From Leucoraja ocellata (lineage: Eukaryota), in assembly GCA_036785375.1 (NCBI GenBank), contig JAWMAR010000399.1, forward strand, positions 868,001 through 932,000: a stretch of 64,000 bases of DNA, read 5' to 3'. Below are positions 27,701 through 42,700 of the stretch, piece after piece. The notes under the pieces are model-generated. The model did no database searches. It saw nothing but the letters and a program-made list of their open reading frames with translations, and was not told where the DNA came from. Position numbers and translations under genes: made by a program. Each line of letters begins with the position of its first letter. Positions within the stretch are counted from its first letter, which is position 1.

Positions 27701-30700
27701 CAATCAATGCTGCTGCCATTTTCAGCTTTGGGATTATGTGTTTCTTTGTCTTTTCAATGTGAATGGAAGAGCTCTGTGATAATTGACACACTTACCAGGG
27801 AGCATTTTTCGCCCGTCATTCTCACAGGTACATGTGGTAGTTGCTCTTGACGTTGGTGTTACTGTCACTGTTGTAGCTGATGTTGTAGTTTCTGTTGGTC
27901 TGGTTGTACTTTCACATCTTCCTGTGTACTTCAGAACTTTACAATCTTCAGTACACAGAACAAAGTTACAGAGGCCTGATTTATCTGTGGACGTCACAGT
28001 TGCCTGACCTGGAGGCAAAGAAAAGACAATCAGGTTGTAATTTCAAAGTGTTTGCATCAAGAATCAAGAAAAAATGTACCTCCTTTGATCAAACACAGGG
28101 CGTGATTTTAAACTATTAAGAGCTTCATCTACATTAACTCAAATGGAAAAAAATAAAAAAGCAAAAAAGATTCTATAATTTATGTTGACACATTTAGAAC
28201 TGTGCAACAACTTCATAATTGGATGCATTTCTTGCTATCATCTGCACTTAGCAAGAGACAGATGTAGGTTCCACCGGTGCTGCCTCACCCGCTGAGTTTC
28301 ACCAGATTTTTTGTCTACGCAAGAGACAGCTGTAAAGCTCTTTATTGGATATGTGAACAGAAGAACACTTTGATTACTGACACACTTACCTGGTGACATT
28401 ATATGTCCGTTAACGTCACATGAACAGATTGTAGTTCCTTTTGACGTTGGTGTTACTGTCACTGTTGTAGCTGATGTTGTGGTTTCTGCTGGTCTGGTTG
28501 TAGTTTCACATCTTCCTGTGTACTTCAGAATTTCACAATCCTCAGTACACAGAGTAAAGTTACAGAGGCCTGATTTACCTGCAGAAGTCACAGTTGCCTG
28601 ACCTGGAGGTAAAGAAAAACAAATCGGGTTTTGTCCACCTGAAGGTGATGAAACTGATGACTATCTTTATGTATGATGTTGAAGTTGGATCATGTCTTTC
28701 ACTTGGGAAATAAGTTTGAAATATGAGAATATTATTTCGCAGAATGCATCAAGGATCGGGACGTTCTGAACCACATCTGTGCAAGCACCAGGGTCTAGTT
28801 GTGAAGCATAGCATTTTGGCAAAGCTGGTAGCTGCTGACAGGCTGTGTAAAAGGGAATTGTAGAGTGAATGTAAAAGCACAATACAGGAATCAGCAGACG
28901 ATTACTTGGCAACTGCAGAACGGATACTCAGTTGCATGATTCATTATTGCGAGGAGATGGCAATGTCTCCTGAAGGTGCGTGATCAGACGTGTACAATTA
29001 ACCTTGCAAATGGGTGGACATACGTTGTCCCAATGAAAAGCAAGTGTGTGATTATTTTCCATCCATTGTCAATCAATGCTGCTGACATTTTCAGTTTTGG
29101 GATTATGGATTTCTTTGTCTTTTCAATGTGAATGGAAGAGCTCTGTGATAATTGACACACTTACCAGGGAGCATTTTTTGCCCGTCATTCTCACAGGTAC
29201 ATGTGGTAGTTGCTCTTGACGTAGGTGTTACTGTGACTGTTGTAGCTGATGTTGTAGTTTCTGTTGGTCTGGTTGTACTTTCACACTTTCCTGTGTACTT
29301 CAGAACTTTACAATCTTCAGTACACAGAACAAAGTTACAGAGGCCTGATTTACCAGTAGACGTCACAGTTGCCTGACCTGGAGGCAAAGAAAAGAAAATC
29401 AGGTTGTAATTTCAAAGTGTTTGCATCTAGAATCAAGAAATGATGTACCTCCTTTGATCAAACACAGTGCGTGTTTTCATATCGTAGCTTTTGGCTGGCA
29501 GGCCTTGTATAAGGGAATTGAGGAGAGAATATAATACTGAAATCAGCAGAAGAGTGAGCGGCAATTGCAGTAAGGTTGCTCAGTTGCGTAGTTCATTTTT
29601 GGGCAGAAATAACTTTTTTCATGGGAGGCATGATCTGGCCCATAACAGAAACCATGGGCGGACCACAACATTTACAGTATAAAAGTGTAGGTCCACATTG
29701 TGAGCAAACCTCTCTGACCAATGCTGCTGTCAAGCACAATGTAGGGGTGTTGAACTTTATCGTAACATGATGTTGCATTTAAGGAGCATTTGAATCAAAT
29801 TTATCCTGTTGCTCAGTGGTTGCAAGGAAGAAGCTTCCGGTGATTTTAAACTATTATATTAAACTAGTAAACTATTTAGAGCTTCATCCACATTAATTCA
29901 AATGGATAACAGAGAATGTAGGTATGTTGCAAAGCCTACCTGAAGCGTCGCTGAAAATCTGTTCCAGCCCGTGTGCGCGATTTTGGCGCCGTTTAGAGGG
30001 GGGAGGGTTTAAAATGCGATTTCCTCTTGGCTGTTCAAATCGAGGATGTTCAGCCTAGTTAATTATTAACGAAAAATTGCTGGAAGATTCCGTCGCTTTA
30101 GCTATTATTACTTTTAAGGGCTTTATCAAGTTGTTATAGTAGTTTAAAAATCAACCTCTAAACCCCCGACCGCCGGCAATGGGTCGGATCTCATACAGGG
30201 GACAACAGAAGGTAGGCTGTTTATTTTTACATTAAAAAGGGCTTCTTAAGATCCCTTTATACAAAGTTTAATGTTGCGAGTAGCTCATTTTGGCCCCATT
30301 ATATCCCACAGTATTTTTCTGGGCATTTGGGGGTACAAATCTAGCGCAATGTGAACGTTCTAAACCAGCGCGTTCACAGGATCCCACTAGAAAGCTGATT
30401 TAAATGGACTTTAATTTACAGCAATTGAACACCTAATTCCTTCCATTTGGCCTATAAATTAATGTCAATGAGATTTAAAAATCATGTTTTATTGTGAATT
30501 GTTTGTGAATATTATTTGGACACTTAGGCTATTTAAAAATGTTAATCATTTATTAAGAAATGGATAGATGTTTAGATCTAGCAATTGAAGTTTGAAATTA
30601 GCCACAATTGGGTAACTAACTAATTATATGCTTTAATTTCAGGTTATCCAATTAAGATTGCTTTATATTTGTTTCAGAATGCTTCAATCTATGATAACTG

Positions 30701-33700
30701 AAAATTTCATTCAGTTCTCTTAATTTTTAAGAAAGTTATGGGCTTTTGACTGTCCTTGTTCACAGCTTTTTTGTTATGTCCTTAGAAAATCAATAGGGAA
30801 CAAGATGCTAATTTCCGAGTATGGAAATGGCCATAACATTTTAAATACTTGAGATATGAAGGTGAATTAGGTGTCAAATTAAACTTCTTTTTATGCTTTA
30901 TCTGATGGGATAAATTGTAGACTTGAATTTTAAAATCTCAAAATTTTGTAACATTGCTACAGAATGCAAAAATATTCTATAATTTATGTTGACATGTTTA
31001 GAACTGTGCATCAACTTAATAATTGGATCCATTTCTTGCTATCATCTGCACTTAGCAAGAGACAGATGTAGGTTCCACCGATGCTGCCTCACCCGCTGAG
31101 TTTCACCAGCATTTGTGTCTAAGCAAGAGACAGCTGAAAAGCTCTTTATTGGATATGTGAACAGAAGAGCACTTTGATTACTGACACACTTACCTGGTGA
31201 CATTATATGTCCATCAACATCACATGAACAGACTGTAGTTCCTTTTGACGTTGGTGTTACTGTCACTGTTGTAGCTGATGTTGTGGTTTCTGCTGGTCTG
31301 GTTGTAGTTTCACATCTTCCTGTGTACTTCAGAATTTCACAATCCTCAGTACACAGAGTAAAGTTACAGAGGCCTGATTTACCTGCAGAAGTCACAGTTG
31401 CCTGACCTGGAGGTAAAGAAAAACAAATCAGGTTTTGTCCACCTGAAGGTGATGAAACTGATGACTATCTTTATGTATGATGTTGAAGTTGGATCATGTC
31501 TTTCACTTGGGAAATAAGTTTGAAATATGAGAATATTATTTTGCAGAATGCATCAAGGATCGGGACGTTCTGAACCACATCTGTGCAAGCACCAGGGTCT
31601 GGTTGTGAAGCATAACATTTTGGCAAAGCTGGTTGCTGCTGACAGGCTGTGTAAAAGGGAATTGTAGAGGGAATGCAAAAGCACAATACAGGAATCAGCA
31701 GACGATTACTTGACAACTGCAGAACGGATACTCAGTTGCATGATTCATTATTGCGAGGAGTTGGCAATGTCTCCTGAAGGTGCGTGATCAGACGTGTACA
31801 ATTAACCTTGCAAATGGGTGGACATACGTTGTCCCAATGAAAAGCAAGTGTGTGATTATTTGCCATCCATTGTCAATCAATGCTGCTGCCATTTTCAGCT
31901 TTGGGATTATGGATTTCTTTGTCTTTTCAATGTGAATGGAAGAGCTCTGTGATAATTGACACACTTACCAGGGAGCATTTTTCGCCCGTCATTCTCACAG
32001 GTACATGTGGTAGTTGCTCTTGACGTTGGTGTTACTGTCACTGTTGTAGCTGATGTTGTAGTTTCTGTTGGTCTGGTTGTACTTTCACATCTTCCTGTGT
32101 ACTTCAGAACTTTACAATCTTCAGTACACAGAACAAAGTTACAGAGGCCTGATTTATCTGTGGACGTCACAGTTGCCTGACCTGGAGGCAAAGAAAAGAA
32201 AATCAGGTTGTAATTTCAAAGTATTTGCATCAAGAATCAAGAAAAAATGTACCTCCTTTGATCAAACACAGGGCGTGATTTTAAACTATTAAGAGCTTCA
32301 TCTACATTAACTCAAATGGAAAAAACTAAAAAAGCAAAAAGATTCTATAATTTATGTTGACATGTTTAGAACTGTGCATCAACTTCATAATTGGATGCAT
32401 TTCTTGCTATCATCTGCACTTAGCAAGAGACAGATGTAGGTTCCACCGGTGCTGCCTCACCTGCTGAGTTTCACCAGATTTTTTGTCTACGCAAGAGACA
32501 GCTGTAAAGCTCTTTATTGGATATGTGAACAGAAGAGCACTTTGATTACTGACACACTTACCTGGTGACATTATATGTCCGTTAACGTCACATGAACAGA
32601 TTGTAGTTCCTTTTGACGTTGGTGTTACTGTCACTGTTGTAGCTGATGTTGTGGTTTCTGCTGGTCTGGTTGTAGTTTCACATCTTCCTGTGTACTTCAG
32701 AATTTCACAATCCTCAGTACACAGAGTAAAGTTACAGAGGCCTGATTTACCTGCAGAAGTCACAGTTGCTTGACCTGGAGGTAAAGAAAAACAAATCAGG
32801 TTTTGTCCACCTGAAGGTGATGAAACTGATGACTATCTTTATGTATGATGTTGAAGTTGGATCATATCTTTCACTTGGGAAATAAGTTTGAAATATGAGA
32901 ATATTATTTCGCAGAATGTATCAAGGATCGGGACGTTCTGAACCACATCTGTGCAAGCACCAGGGTCTGGTTGTGAAGCATAACATTTTGGCAAAGCTGG
33001 TTGCTGCTGACAGGCTGTGTAAAAGGGAATTGTAGAGTGAATGTAAAAGCACAATACAGGAATCAGCAGACGATTACTTGACAACTGCAGAACGGATACT
33101 CAGTTGCATGATTCATTATTGCGAGGAGATGGCAATGTCTCCTGAAGGTGCGTGATCAGGCGTGTATAATTAACCTTGCAAATGGGTGGACGTACGTTGT
33201 CACAATGAAAAGCAAGTGTGTGATTATTTGCCATCCATTGTCAATCAATGCTGCTGCCATTTTCAGCTTTGGGATTATGGATTTCTTTGTCTTTTCAATG
33301 TGAATGGAAGAGCTCTGTGATAATTGACACACTTACCAGGGAGCATTTTTCGCCCGTCATTCTCACAGGTACATGTGGTAGTTGCTCTTGACGTTGGTGT
33401 TACTGTCACTGTTGTAGCTGATGTTGTAGTTTCTGTTGGGCTGGTTGTACTTTCACATCTTCCTGTGTACTTCAGAACTTTACAATCTTCAGTACACAGA
33501 ACAAAGTTACAGAGGCCTGATTTATCTGTAGACGTCACAGTTGCCTGACCTGGAGGCAAAGAAAAGAAAATCTGGTTGTAATTTCAAAGTGTTTGCATCT
33601 AGAATCAAGAAATGATGTACCTCCTTTGATCAAACACGCTGCGTGATTTCATATCGTAGCTTGTGGCTGGCAGGCCTTGTATAAGGGAATTGCAGAGAGA

Positions 33701-36700
33701 ATATAATACAGAAATCAGCAGAAGAGTGAGCAGCAATTGCAGTAAGGTTGCTCAGTTGCATAGTTCATTTTTGGGCAGAAATAACTTTTTTCACGGGAGG
33801 CATGATCTGGCCCATAACAGAAACCATGGGCGGACCACAACATTTACAGTATAATAGTGTAGGTCCACATAGTGAGCAAACCTCTCTGATCAATGCTGCT
33901 GTCAAGCACAATGTAGGGGTGTTGAACTTTATCGTAACATGATGTTGCATTTAAGGAGCATTTGAGTCAAATATATCCTGTTGCTCAGTGGTTGCAAGGA
34001 AGAAGCCTCCGGTGATTTTAAACTATTAAGAGCTTCATGTACATTAACTCAAATGGAAAAAACTAAGAAAGCAAAAAGATTCTATAATTTATGTTGACAT
34101 GTTTAGAACTGTGCATCAACTTCATAATTGGATGCATTTCTTGCTATCATCTGCACTTAGCAAGAGACAGATGTAGGTTCCATAGATGTTGCCTCACCCG
34201 ATGAGTTTCACCAGAATTTTTGTCTACGCAAGAGACAGCTGTAAAGCTCTTTATTGGATATGTGAACAGAAGAGCACTTTGATTACTGACACACTTACCT
34301 GGTGACATTATATGTCCGTTAACATCACATGAACAGATTGTAGTTCCTTTTGACGTTGGTGTTACTGTCACTGTTGTAGCTGATGTTGTGGTTTCTGCTG
34401 GTCTGGTTGTAGTTTCACATCTTCCTGTGTACTTCAGAACTTCACAATCCTCAGTACACAGAGTAAAGTTACAGAGGCCTGATTTACCTGCAGAAGTCAC
34501 AGTTGCCTGACCTGGAGGTAAAGAAAAACAAATCAGGTTTTGTCCACCTGAAGGTGATGAAACTGATGACTATCTTTATGTATGATGTCGAAGTTGGATC
34601 ATGTCTTTCACTTGGGAAATAAGTTTGAAATATGAGAATATTATTTTGCACAATGCATCAAGGATCGGGACGTTCTGAACCACATCTGTGCAAGCACCAG
34701 GGACTGGTTGTGAAGCATAGCATTTTGGCAAAGCTGGTTGCTGCTGACAGGCTGTGTAAAAGGGAATTGTAGAGGGAATGCAAAAGCACAATACAGGAAT
34801 CAGCAGACGATTACATGACAACTGCAGAACGGATACTCAGTTGCATGATTCATTATTGCGAGGAGATGGTAATGTCTCCTGAAGGTGCGTGATCAGACGT
34901 GTACAATTTTCCTTGCAAATGGGTGGACATACGTTGTCCCAATGAAAAGCAAGTGTGTGATTATTTTCCATCCATTGTCAATCAATGCTGCTGACATTTT
35001 CAGCTTTGGGATTATGGATTTCTTTGTCTTTTCAATGTGAATGGAAGAGCTCTGTGATAATTGACACACTTACCAGGGAGCATTTTTCGCCCGTCATTCT
35101 CACAGGTACATGTGGTAGTTGCTCTTGACGTTGGTGTTACTGTCACTGTTGTAGCTGATGTTGTAGTTTCTGTTGGTCTGGTTGTACTTTCACATCTTCC
35201 TGTGTACTTCAGAACTTTACAATCTTCAGTACACAGAACAAAGTTACAGAGGCCTGATTTATCTGTAGACGTCACAGTTGCCTGACCTGGAGGCAAAGAA
35301 AAGAAAATCAGGTTGTAATTTCAAAGTGTTTGCATCTAGAATCAAGAAAAAATGTACCTCCTTTGATCAAACACAGGGCGTGATTTTAAACTATTAAGAG
35401 CTTCATCTACATTAACTCAAATGGAAAAAACTAAAAAATCAAAAAGATTCTATAATTTATGGTGACATGTTTAGAACTGTGCATCAACTTCATAATTAGA
35501 TGCATTTCTTGCTATCCTGCACTTATATGAGACAGATGTAGGTTCCATAGATGCTGCCTCACCCGATGAGTTTCACCAGCATTTTTGTCTACCCAAGAGA
35601 CAGCTGTAAAGCTCTTTCATTGAAATGTGAACAGAAGAGCACTTTGATTACTGACACACTTACCTGGTGACATTATATGTCCGTTAACATCACATGAACA
35701 GATTGTAGTTCCTTTTGACGTTGGTGTTACTGTCACTATTGTAGCTGATGTTGTGGTTTCTGCTGGTCTGGTTGTAGTTTCACATCTTCCTGTGTACTTC
35801 AGAATTTCACAATCCTCAGTACACAGAGTAAAGTTACAGAGGCCTAATTTACCTGCAGAAGTCACAGTTGCCTGACCTGGAGGTAAAGAAAAACAAATCA
35901 GGTTTTGTCCACCTGAAGGTGATGAAACTGATGACTATCTTTATGTATGATGTTGAAGTTGGATCATGTCTTTCACTTGGGAAATAAGTTTGAAATATGA
36001 GAATATTATTTCGCAGAATGCATCAAGGATCGGGACGTTCTGAACCACATCTGTGCAAGCACCAGGGTCTAGTTGTGAAGCATAGCATTTTGGCAAAGCT
36101 GGTTGCTGCTGACAGGCTGTGTAAAAGGGAATTGTAGAGTGAATGTAAAAGCACAATACAGGAATCAGCAGACGATTACTTGGCAACTGCAGAACGGATA
36201 CTCAATTGCATGATTCATTATTGCGAGGAGATGGCAATGTCTCCTGAAGGTGCGTGATCAGGCGTGTACAATTAACCTTGCAAATGGGTGGACATACGTT
36301 GTCCCAATGAAAAGCAAGTGTGATTATTTTCCATCCATTGTCAATCAATGCTGCTGACATTTTCAGTTTTGGGATTATGGATTTCTTTGTCTTTTCAATG
36401 TGAATGGAAGAGCTCTGTGATAATTGACACACTTACCAGGGAGCATTTTTTGCCCGTCATTCTCACAGGTACATGTGGTAGTTGCTCTTGACGTAGGTGT
36501 TACTGTGACTGTTGTAGCTGATGTTGTAGTTTCTGTTGGTCTGGTTGTACTTTCACACTTTCCTGTGTACTTCAGAACTTTACAATCTTCAGTACACAGA
36601 ACAAAGTTACAGAGGCCTGATTTACCAGTAGACGTCACAGTTGCCTGACCTGGAGGCAAAGAAAAGAAAATCAGGTTGTAATTTCAAAGTGTTTGCATCT

Positions 36701-39700
36701 AGAATCAAGAAATGATGTACCTCCTTTGATCAAACACAGGGCGTGATTTTAAACTATTAAGAGCTTCATCTACATTAACTCAAATGGAAAAAACTAAAAA
36801 AGCAAAAAGATTCTATAATTTATGTTGACATGTTTAGAACTGTGCATCAACTTCATAATTGGATGCATTTCTTGCTATCATCTGCACTTAGCAAGAGACA
36901 GATGTAGGTTCCACCGGTGCTGCCTCACCTGCTGAGTTTCACCAGATTTTTTGTCTACGCAAGAGACAGCTGTAAAGCTCTTTATTGGATATGTGAACAG
37001 AAGAGCACTTTGATTACTGACACACTTACCTGGTGACATTATATGTCCGTTAACGTCACATGAACAGATTGTAGTTCCTTTTGACGTTGGTGTTACTGTC
37101 ACTGTTGTAGCTGATGTTGTGGTTTCTGCTGGTCTGGTTGTAGTTTCACATCTTCCTGTGTACTTCAGAATTTCACAATCCTCAGTACACAGAGTAAAGT
37201 TACAGAGGCCTGATTTACCTGCAGAAGTCACAGTTGCTTGACCTGGAGGTAAAGAAAAACAAATCAGGTTTTGTCCACCTGAAGGTGATGAAACTGATGA
37301 CTATCTTTATGTATGATGTTGAAGTTGGATCATATCTTTCACTTGGGAAATAAGTTTGAAATATGAGAATATTATTTCGCAGAATGTATCAAGGATCGGG
37401 ACGTTCTGAACCACATCTGTGCAAGCACCAGGGTCTGGTTGTGAAGCATAACATTTTGGCAAAGCTGGTTGCTGCTGACAGGCTGTGTAAAAGGGAATTG
37501 TAGAGTGAATGTAAAAGCACAATACAGGAATCAGCAGACGATTACTTGACAACTGCAGAACGGATACTCAGTTGCATGATTCATTATTGCGAGGAGATGG
37601 CAATGTCTCCTGAAGGTGCGTGATCAGGCGTGTATAATTAACCTTGCAAATGGGTGGACGTACGTTGTCACAATGAAAAGCAAGTGTGTGATTATTTGCC
37701 ATCCATTGTCAATCAATGCTGCTGCCATTTTCAGCTTTGGGATTATGGATTTCTTTGTCTTTTCAATGTGAATGGAAGAGCTCTGTGATAATTGACACAC
37801 TTACCAGGGAGCATTTTTCGCCCGTCATTCTCACAGGTACATGTGGTAGTTGCTCTTGACGTTGGTGTTACTGTCACTGTTGTAGCTGATGTTGTAGTTT
37901 CTGTTGGGCTGGTTGTACTTTCACATCTTCCTGTGTACTTCAGAACTTTACAATCTTCAGTACACAGAACAAAGTTACAGAGGCCTGATTTATCTGTAGA
38001 CGTCACAGTTGCCTGACCTGGAGGCAAAGAAAAGAAAATCCGGTTGTAATTTCAAAGTGTTTGCATCTAGAATCAAGAAATGATGTACCTCCTTTGATCA
38101 AACACGCTGCGTGATTTCATATCGTAGCTTGTGGCTGGCAGGCCTTGTATAAGGGAATTGCAGAGAGAATATAATACAGAAATCAGCAGAAGAGTGAGCA
38201 GCAATTGCAGTAAGGTTGCTCAGTTGCATAGTTCATTTTTGGGCAGAAATAACTTTTTTCACGGGAGGCATGATCTGGCCCATAACAGAAACCATGGGCG
38301 GACCACAACATTTACAGTATAATAGTGTAGGTCCACATTGTGAGCAAACCTCTTTGATCAATGCTGCTGTCAAGCACAATGTAGGGGTGTTGAACTTTAT
38401 CGTAACATGATGTTGCATTTAAGGAGCATTTAAGTCAAATATATCCTGTTGCTCAGTGGTTGCAAGGAAGAAGCCTCCGGTGATTTTAAACTATTAAGAG
38501 CTTCATGTACATTAACTCAAATGGAAAAAACTAAGAAAGCAAAAAGATTCTATAATTTATGTTGACATGTTTAGAACTGTGCATCAACTTCATAATTGGA
38601 TGCATTTCTTGCTATCATCTGCACTTAGCAAGAGACAGATGTAGGTTCCATAGATGTTGCCTCACCCGATGAGTTTCACCAGAATTTTTGTCTACGCAAG
38701 AGACAGCTGTAAAGCTCTTTATTGGATATGTGAACAGAAGAGCACTTTGATTACTGACACACTTACCTGGTGACATTATATGTCCGTTAACATCACATGA
38801 ACAGATTGTAGTTCCTTTTGACGTTGGTGTTACTGTCACTGTTGTAGCTGATGTTGTGGTTTCTGCTGGTCTGGTTGTAGTTTCACATCTTCCTGTGTAC
38901 TTCAGAACTTCACAATCCTCAGTACACAGAGTAAAGTTACAGAGGTCTGATTTACCTGCAGAAGTCACAGTTGCCTGACCTGGAGGTAAAGAAAAACAAA
39001 TCAGGTTTTGTCCACCTGAAGGTGATGAAACTGATGACTATCTTTATATATGATGTCGAAGTTGGATCATGTCTTTCACTTGGGAAATAAGTTTGAAATA
39101 AGAGAATATTATTTTGCACAATGCATCAAGGATCGGGACGTTCTGAACCACATCTGTGCAAGCACCAGGGTCTGGTTGTGAAGCATAACATTTTGGCAAA
39201 GCTGGTTGCTGCTGACAGGCTGTGTAAAAGGGAATTGTAGAGTGAATGTAAAAGCACAATACAGGAATCAGCAGACGATTACTTGACAACTGCAGAACGG
39301 ATACTCAGTTGCATGATTCATTATTGCGAGGAGATGGCAATGTCTCCTGAAGGTGCGTGATCAGGCGTGTATAATTAACCTTGCAAATGGGTGGACGTAC
39401 GTTGTCACAATGAAAAGCAAGTGTGTGATTATTTGCCATCCATTGTCAATCAATGCTGCTGCCATTTTCAGCTTTGGGATTATGGATTTCTTTGTCTTTT
39501 CAATGTGAATGGAAGAGCTCTGTGATAATTGACACACTTACCAGGGAGCATTTTTCGCCCGTCATTCTCACAGGTACATGTGGTAGTTGCTCTTGACGTT
39601 GGTGTTACTGTCACTGTTGTAGCTGATGTTGTAGTTTCTGTTGGGCTGGTTGTACTTTCACATCTTCCTGTGTACTTCAGAACTTTACAATCTTCAGTAC

Positions 39701-42700
39701 ACAGAACAAAGTTACAGAGGCCTGATTTATCTGTAGACGTCACAGTTGCCTGACCTGGAGGCAAAGAAAAGAAAATCAGGTTGTAATTTCAAAGTGTTTG
39801 CATCTAGAATCAAGAAATGATGTACCTCCTTTGATCAAACACGCTGCGTGATTTCATATCGTAGCTTGTGGCTGGCAGGCCTTGTATAAGGGAATTGCAG
39901 AGAGAATATAATACAGAAATCAGCAGAAGAGTGAGCAGCAATTGCAGTAAGGTTGCTCAGTTGCATAGTTCATTTTTGGGCAGAAATAACTTTTTTCACG
40001 GGAGGCATGATCTGGCCCATAACAGAAACCATGGGCGGACCACAACATTTACAGTATAATAGTGTAGGTCCACATTGTGAGCAAACCTCTTTGATCAATG
40101 CTGCTGTCAAGCACAATGTAGGGGTGTTGAACTTTATCGTAACATGATGTTGCATTTAAGGAGCATTTGAGTCAAATATATCCTGTTGCTCAGTGGTTGC
40201 AAGGAAGAAGCCTCCGGTGATTTTAAACTATTAAGAGCTTCATGTACATTAACTCAAATGGAAAAAACTAAGAAAGCAAAAAGATTCTATAATTTATGTT
40301 GACATGTTTAGAACTGTGCATCAACTTCATAATTGGATGCATTTCTTGCTATCATCTGCACTTAGCAAGAGACAGATGTAGGTTCCATAGATGTTGCCTC
40401 ACCCGATGAGTTTCACCAGAATTTTTGTCTACGCAAGAGACAGCTGTAAAGCTCTTTATTGGATATGTGAACAGAAGAGCACTTTGATTACTGACACACT
40501 TACCTGGTGACATTATATGTCCGTTAACATCACATGAACAGATTGTAGTTCCTTTTGACGTTGGTGTTACTGTCACTGTTGTAGCTGATGTTGTGGTTTC
40601 TGCTGGTCTGGTTGTAGTTTCACATCTTCCTGTGTACTTCAGAACTTCACAATCCTCAGTACACAGAGTAAAGTTACAGAGGTCTGATTTACCTGCAGAA
40701 GTCACAGTTGCCTGACCTGGAGGTAAAGAAAAACAAATCAGGTTTTGTCCACCTGAAGGTGATGAAACTGATGACTATCTTTATGTATGATGTCGAAGTT
40801 GGATCATGTCTTTCACTTGGGAAATAAGTTTGAAATATGAGAATATTATTTTGCACAATGCATCAAGGATCGGGACGTTCTGAACCACATCTGTGCAAGC
40901 ACCAGGGTCTGGTTGTGAAGCATAGCATTTTGGCAAAGCTGGTTGCTGCTGACAGGCTGTGTAAAAGGGAATTGTAGAGGGAATGCAAAAGCACAATACA
41001 GGAATCAGCAGACGATTACATGACAACTGCAGAACGGATACTCAGTTGCATGATTCATTATTGCGAGGAGATGGCAATGTCTCCTGAAGGTGCGTGATCA
41101 GACGTGTACAATTTTCCTTGCAAATGGGTGGACATACGTTGTCCCAATGAAAAGCAAGTGTGTGATTATTTGCCATCCATTGTTAATCAATGCTGCTGAC
41201 ATTTTCAGCTTTGGGATTATGGATTTCTTTGTCTTTTCAATGTGAATGGAAGAGCTCTGTGATAATTGACACACTTACCAGGGAGCATTTTTCGCCCGTC
41301 ATTCTCACAGGTACATGTGGTAGTTGCTCTTGACGTTGGTGTTACTGTCACTGTTGTAGCTGATGTTGTAGTTTCTGTTGGTCTGGTTGTACTTTCACAT
41401 CTTCCTGTGTACTTCAGAACTTTACAATCTTCAGTACACAGAACAAAGTTACAGAGGCCTGATTTATCTGTAGACGTCACAGTTGCCTGACCTGGAGGCA
41501 AAGAAAAAAAAATCAGGTTGTAATTTCAAAGTGTTTGCATCTAGAATCAAGAAAAAATGTACCTCCTTTGATCAAACACAGGGCGTGATTTTAAACTATT
41601 AAGAGCTTCATCTACATTAACTCAAATGGAAAAAACTAAAAAATCAAAAAGATTCTATAATTTATGGTGACATGTTTAGAACTGTGCATCAACTTCATAA
41701 TTAGATGCATTTCTTGCTACCCTGCACTTATATGAGACAGATGTAGGTTCCATAGATGCTGCCTCACCCGATGAGTTTCACCAGAATTTTTGTCTACACA
41801 AGAGACAGCTGTAAAGCTCTTTCTTTGAAATGTGAACAGAAGAGCACTTTGATTACTGACACACTTACCTGGTGACATTATATGTCCATCAACATCACAT
41901 GAACAGATTGTAGTTCCTTTTGACGTTGGTGTTACTGTCACTGTTGTAGCTGATGTTGTGGTTTCTGCTGGTCTGGTTGTAGTTTCACATCTTCCTGTGT
42001 ACTTCAGAATTTCACAATCCTCAGTACACAGAGTAAAGTTACAGAGGCCTGATTTACCTGCAGAAGTCACAGTTGCCTGACCTGGAGGTAAAGAAAAACA
42101 AATTGGGTTGTGTCCACCTGAAGGTGATGAAACTGATAAATATTTTTATGTATGATGTTGAAGTTGGTTCATGCATTTCACTTAGTAAGTAAATTTGAAA
42201 TATGAGAATAATATTTCGCAGAATGCATCAAGGATCGGGACGTTCTGAACCACATCTGTGCAAGCACCAGGGTCTGGTTGTGAAGCATAACATTTTGGCA
42301 AAGCTGGTTGCTGCTGATAGGTTGTGTAAAAGGGAATTGTAGAGTGAATGTAAAAGCACAATACAGGAATCAGCACATGATTACGTGACAACTGCAGAAC
42401 GGATACTATTGCGAGGAGATGGCAATGTCTCCTGAAGGTGCGTGATCAGGCGTGTACAATTAACCTTGGAAATGGGTGGACATACGTTGTCCCAATTAAA
42501 AGCAAGTGTGTGATTATTTGTCATCCATTGTCAATCAATGCTGCTGCCATTTTCAGCTTTGGGATTATGTGTTTCTTTGTCTTTTCAATGTGAATGGAAG
42601 AGCTCTGTGATAATTGACACACTTACCAGGGAGCATTTTTCGCCCATCATTCTCACAGGTACATGTGGTAGTTGCTCTTGACGTTGGTGTTACTGTCACT

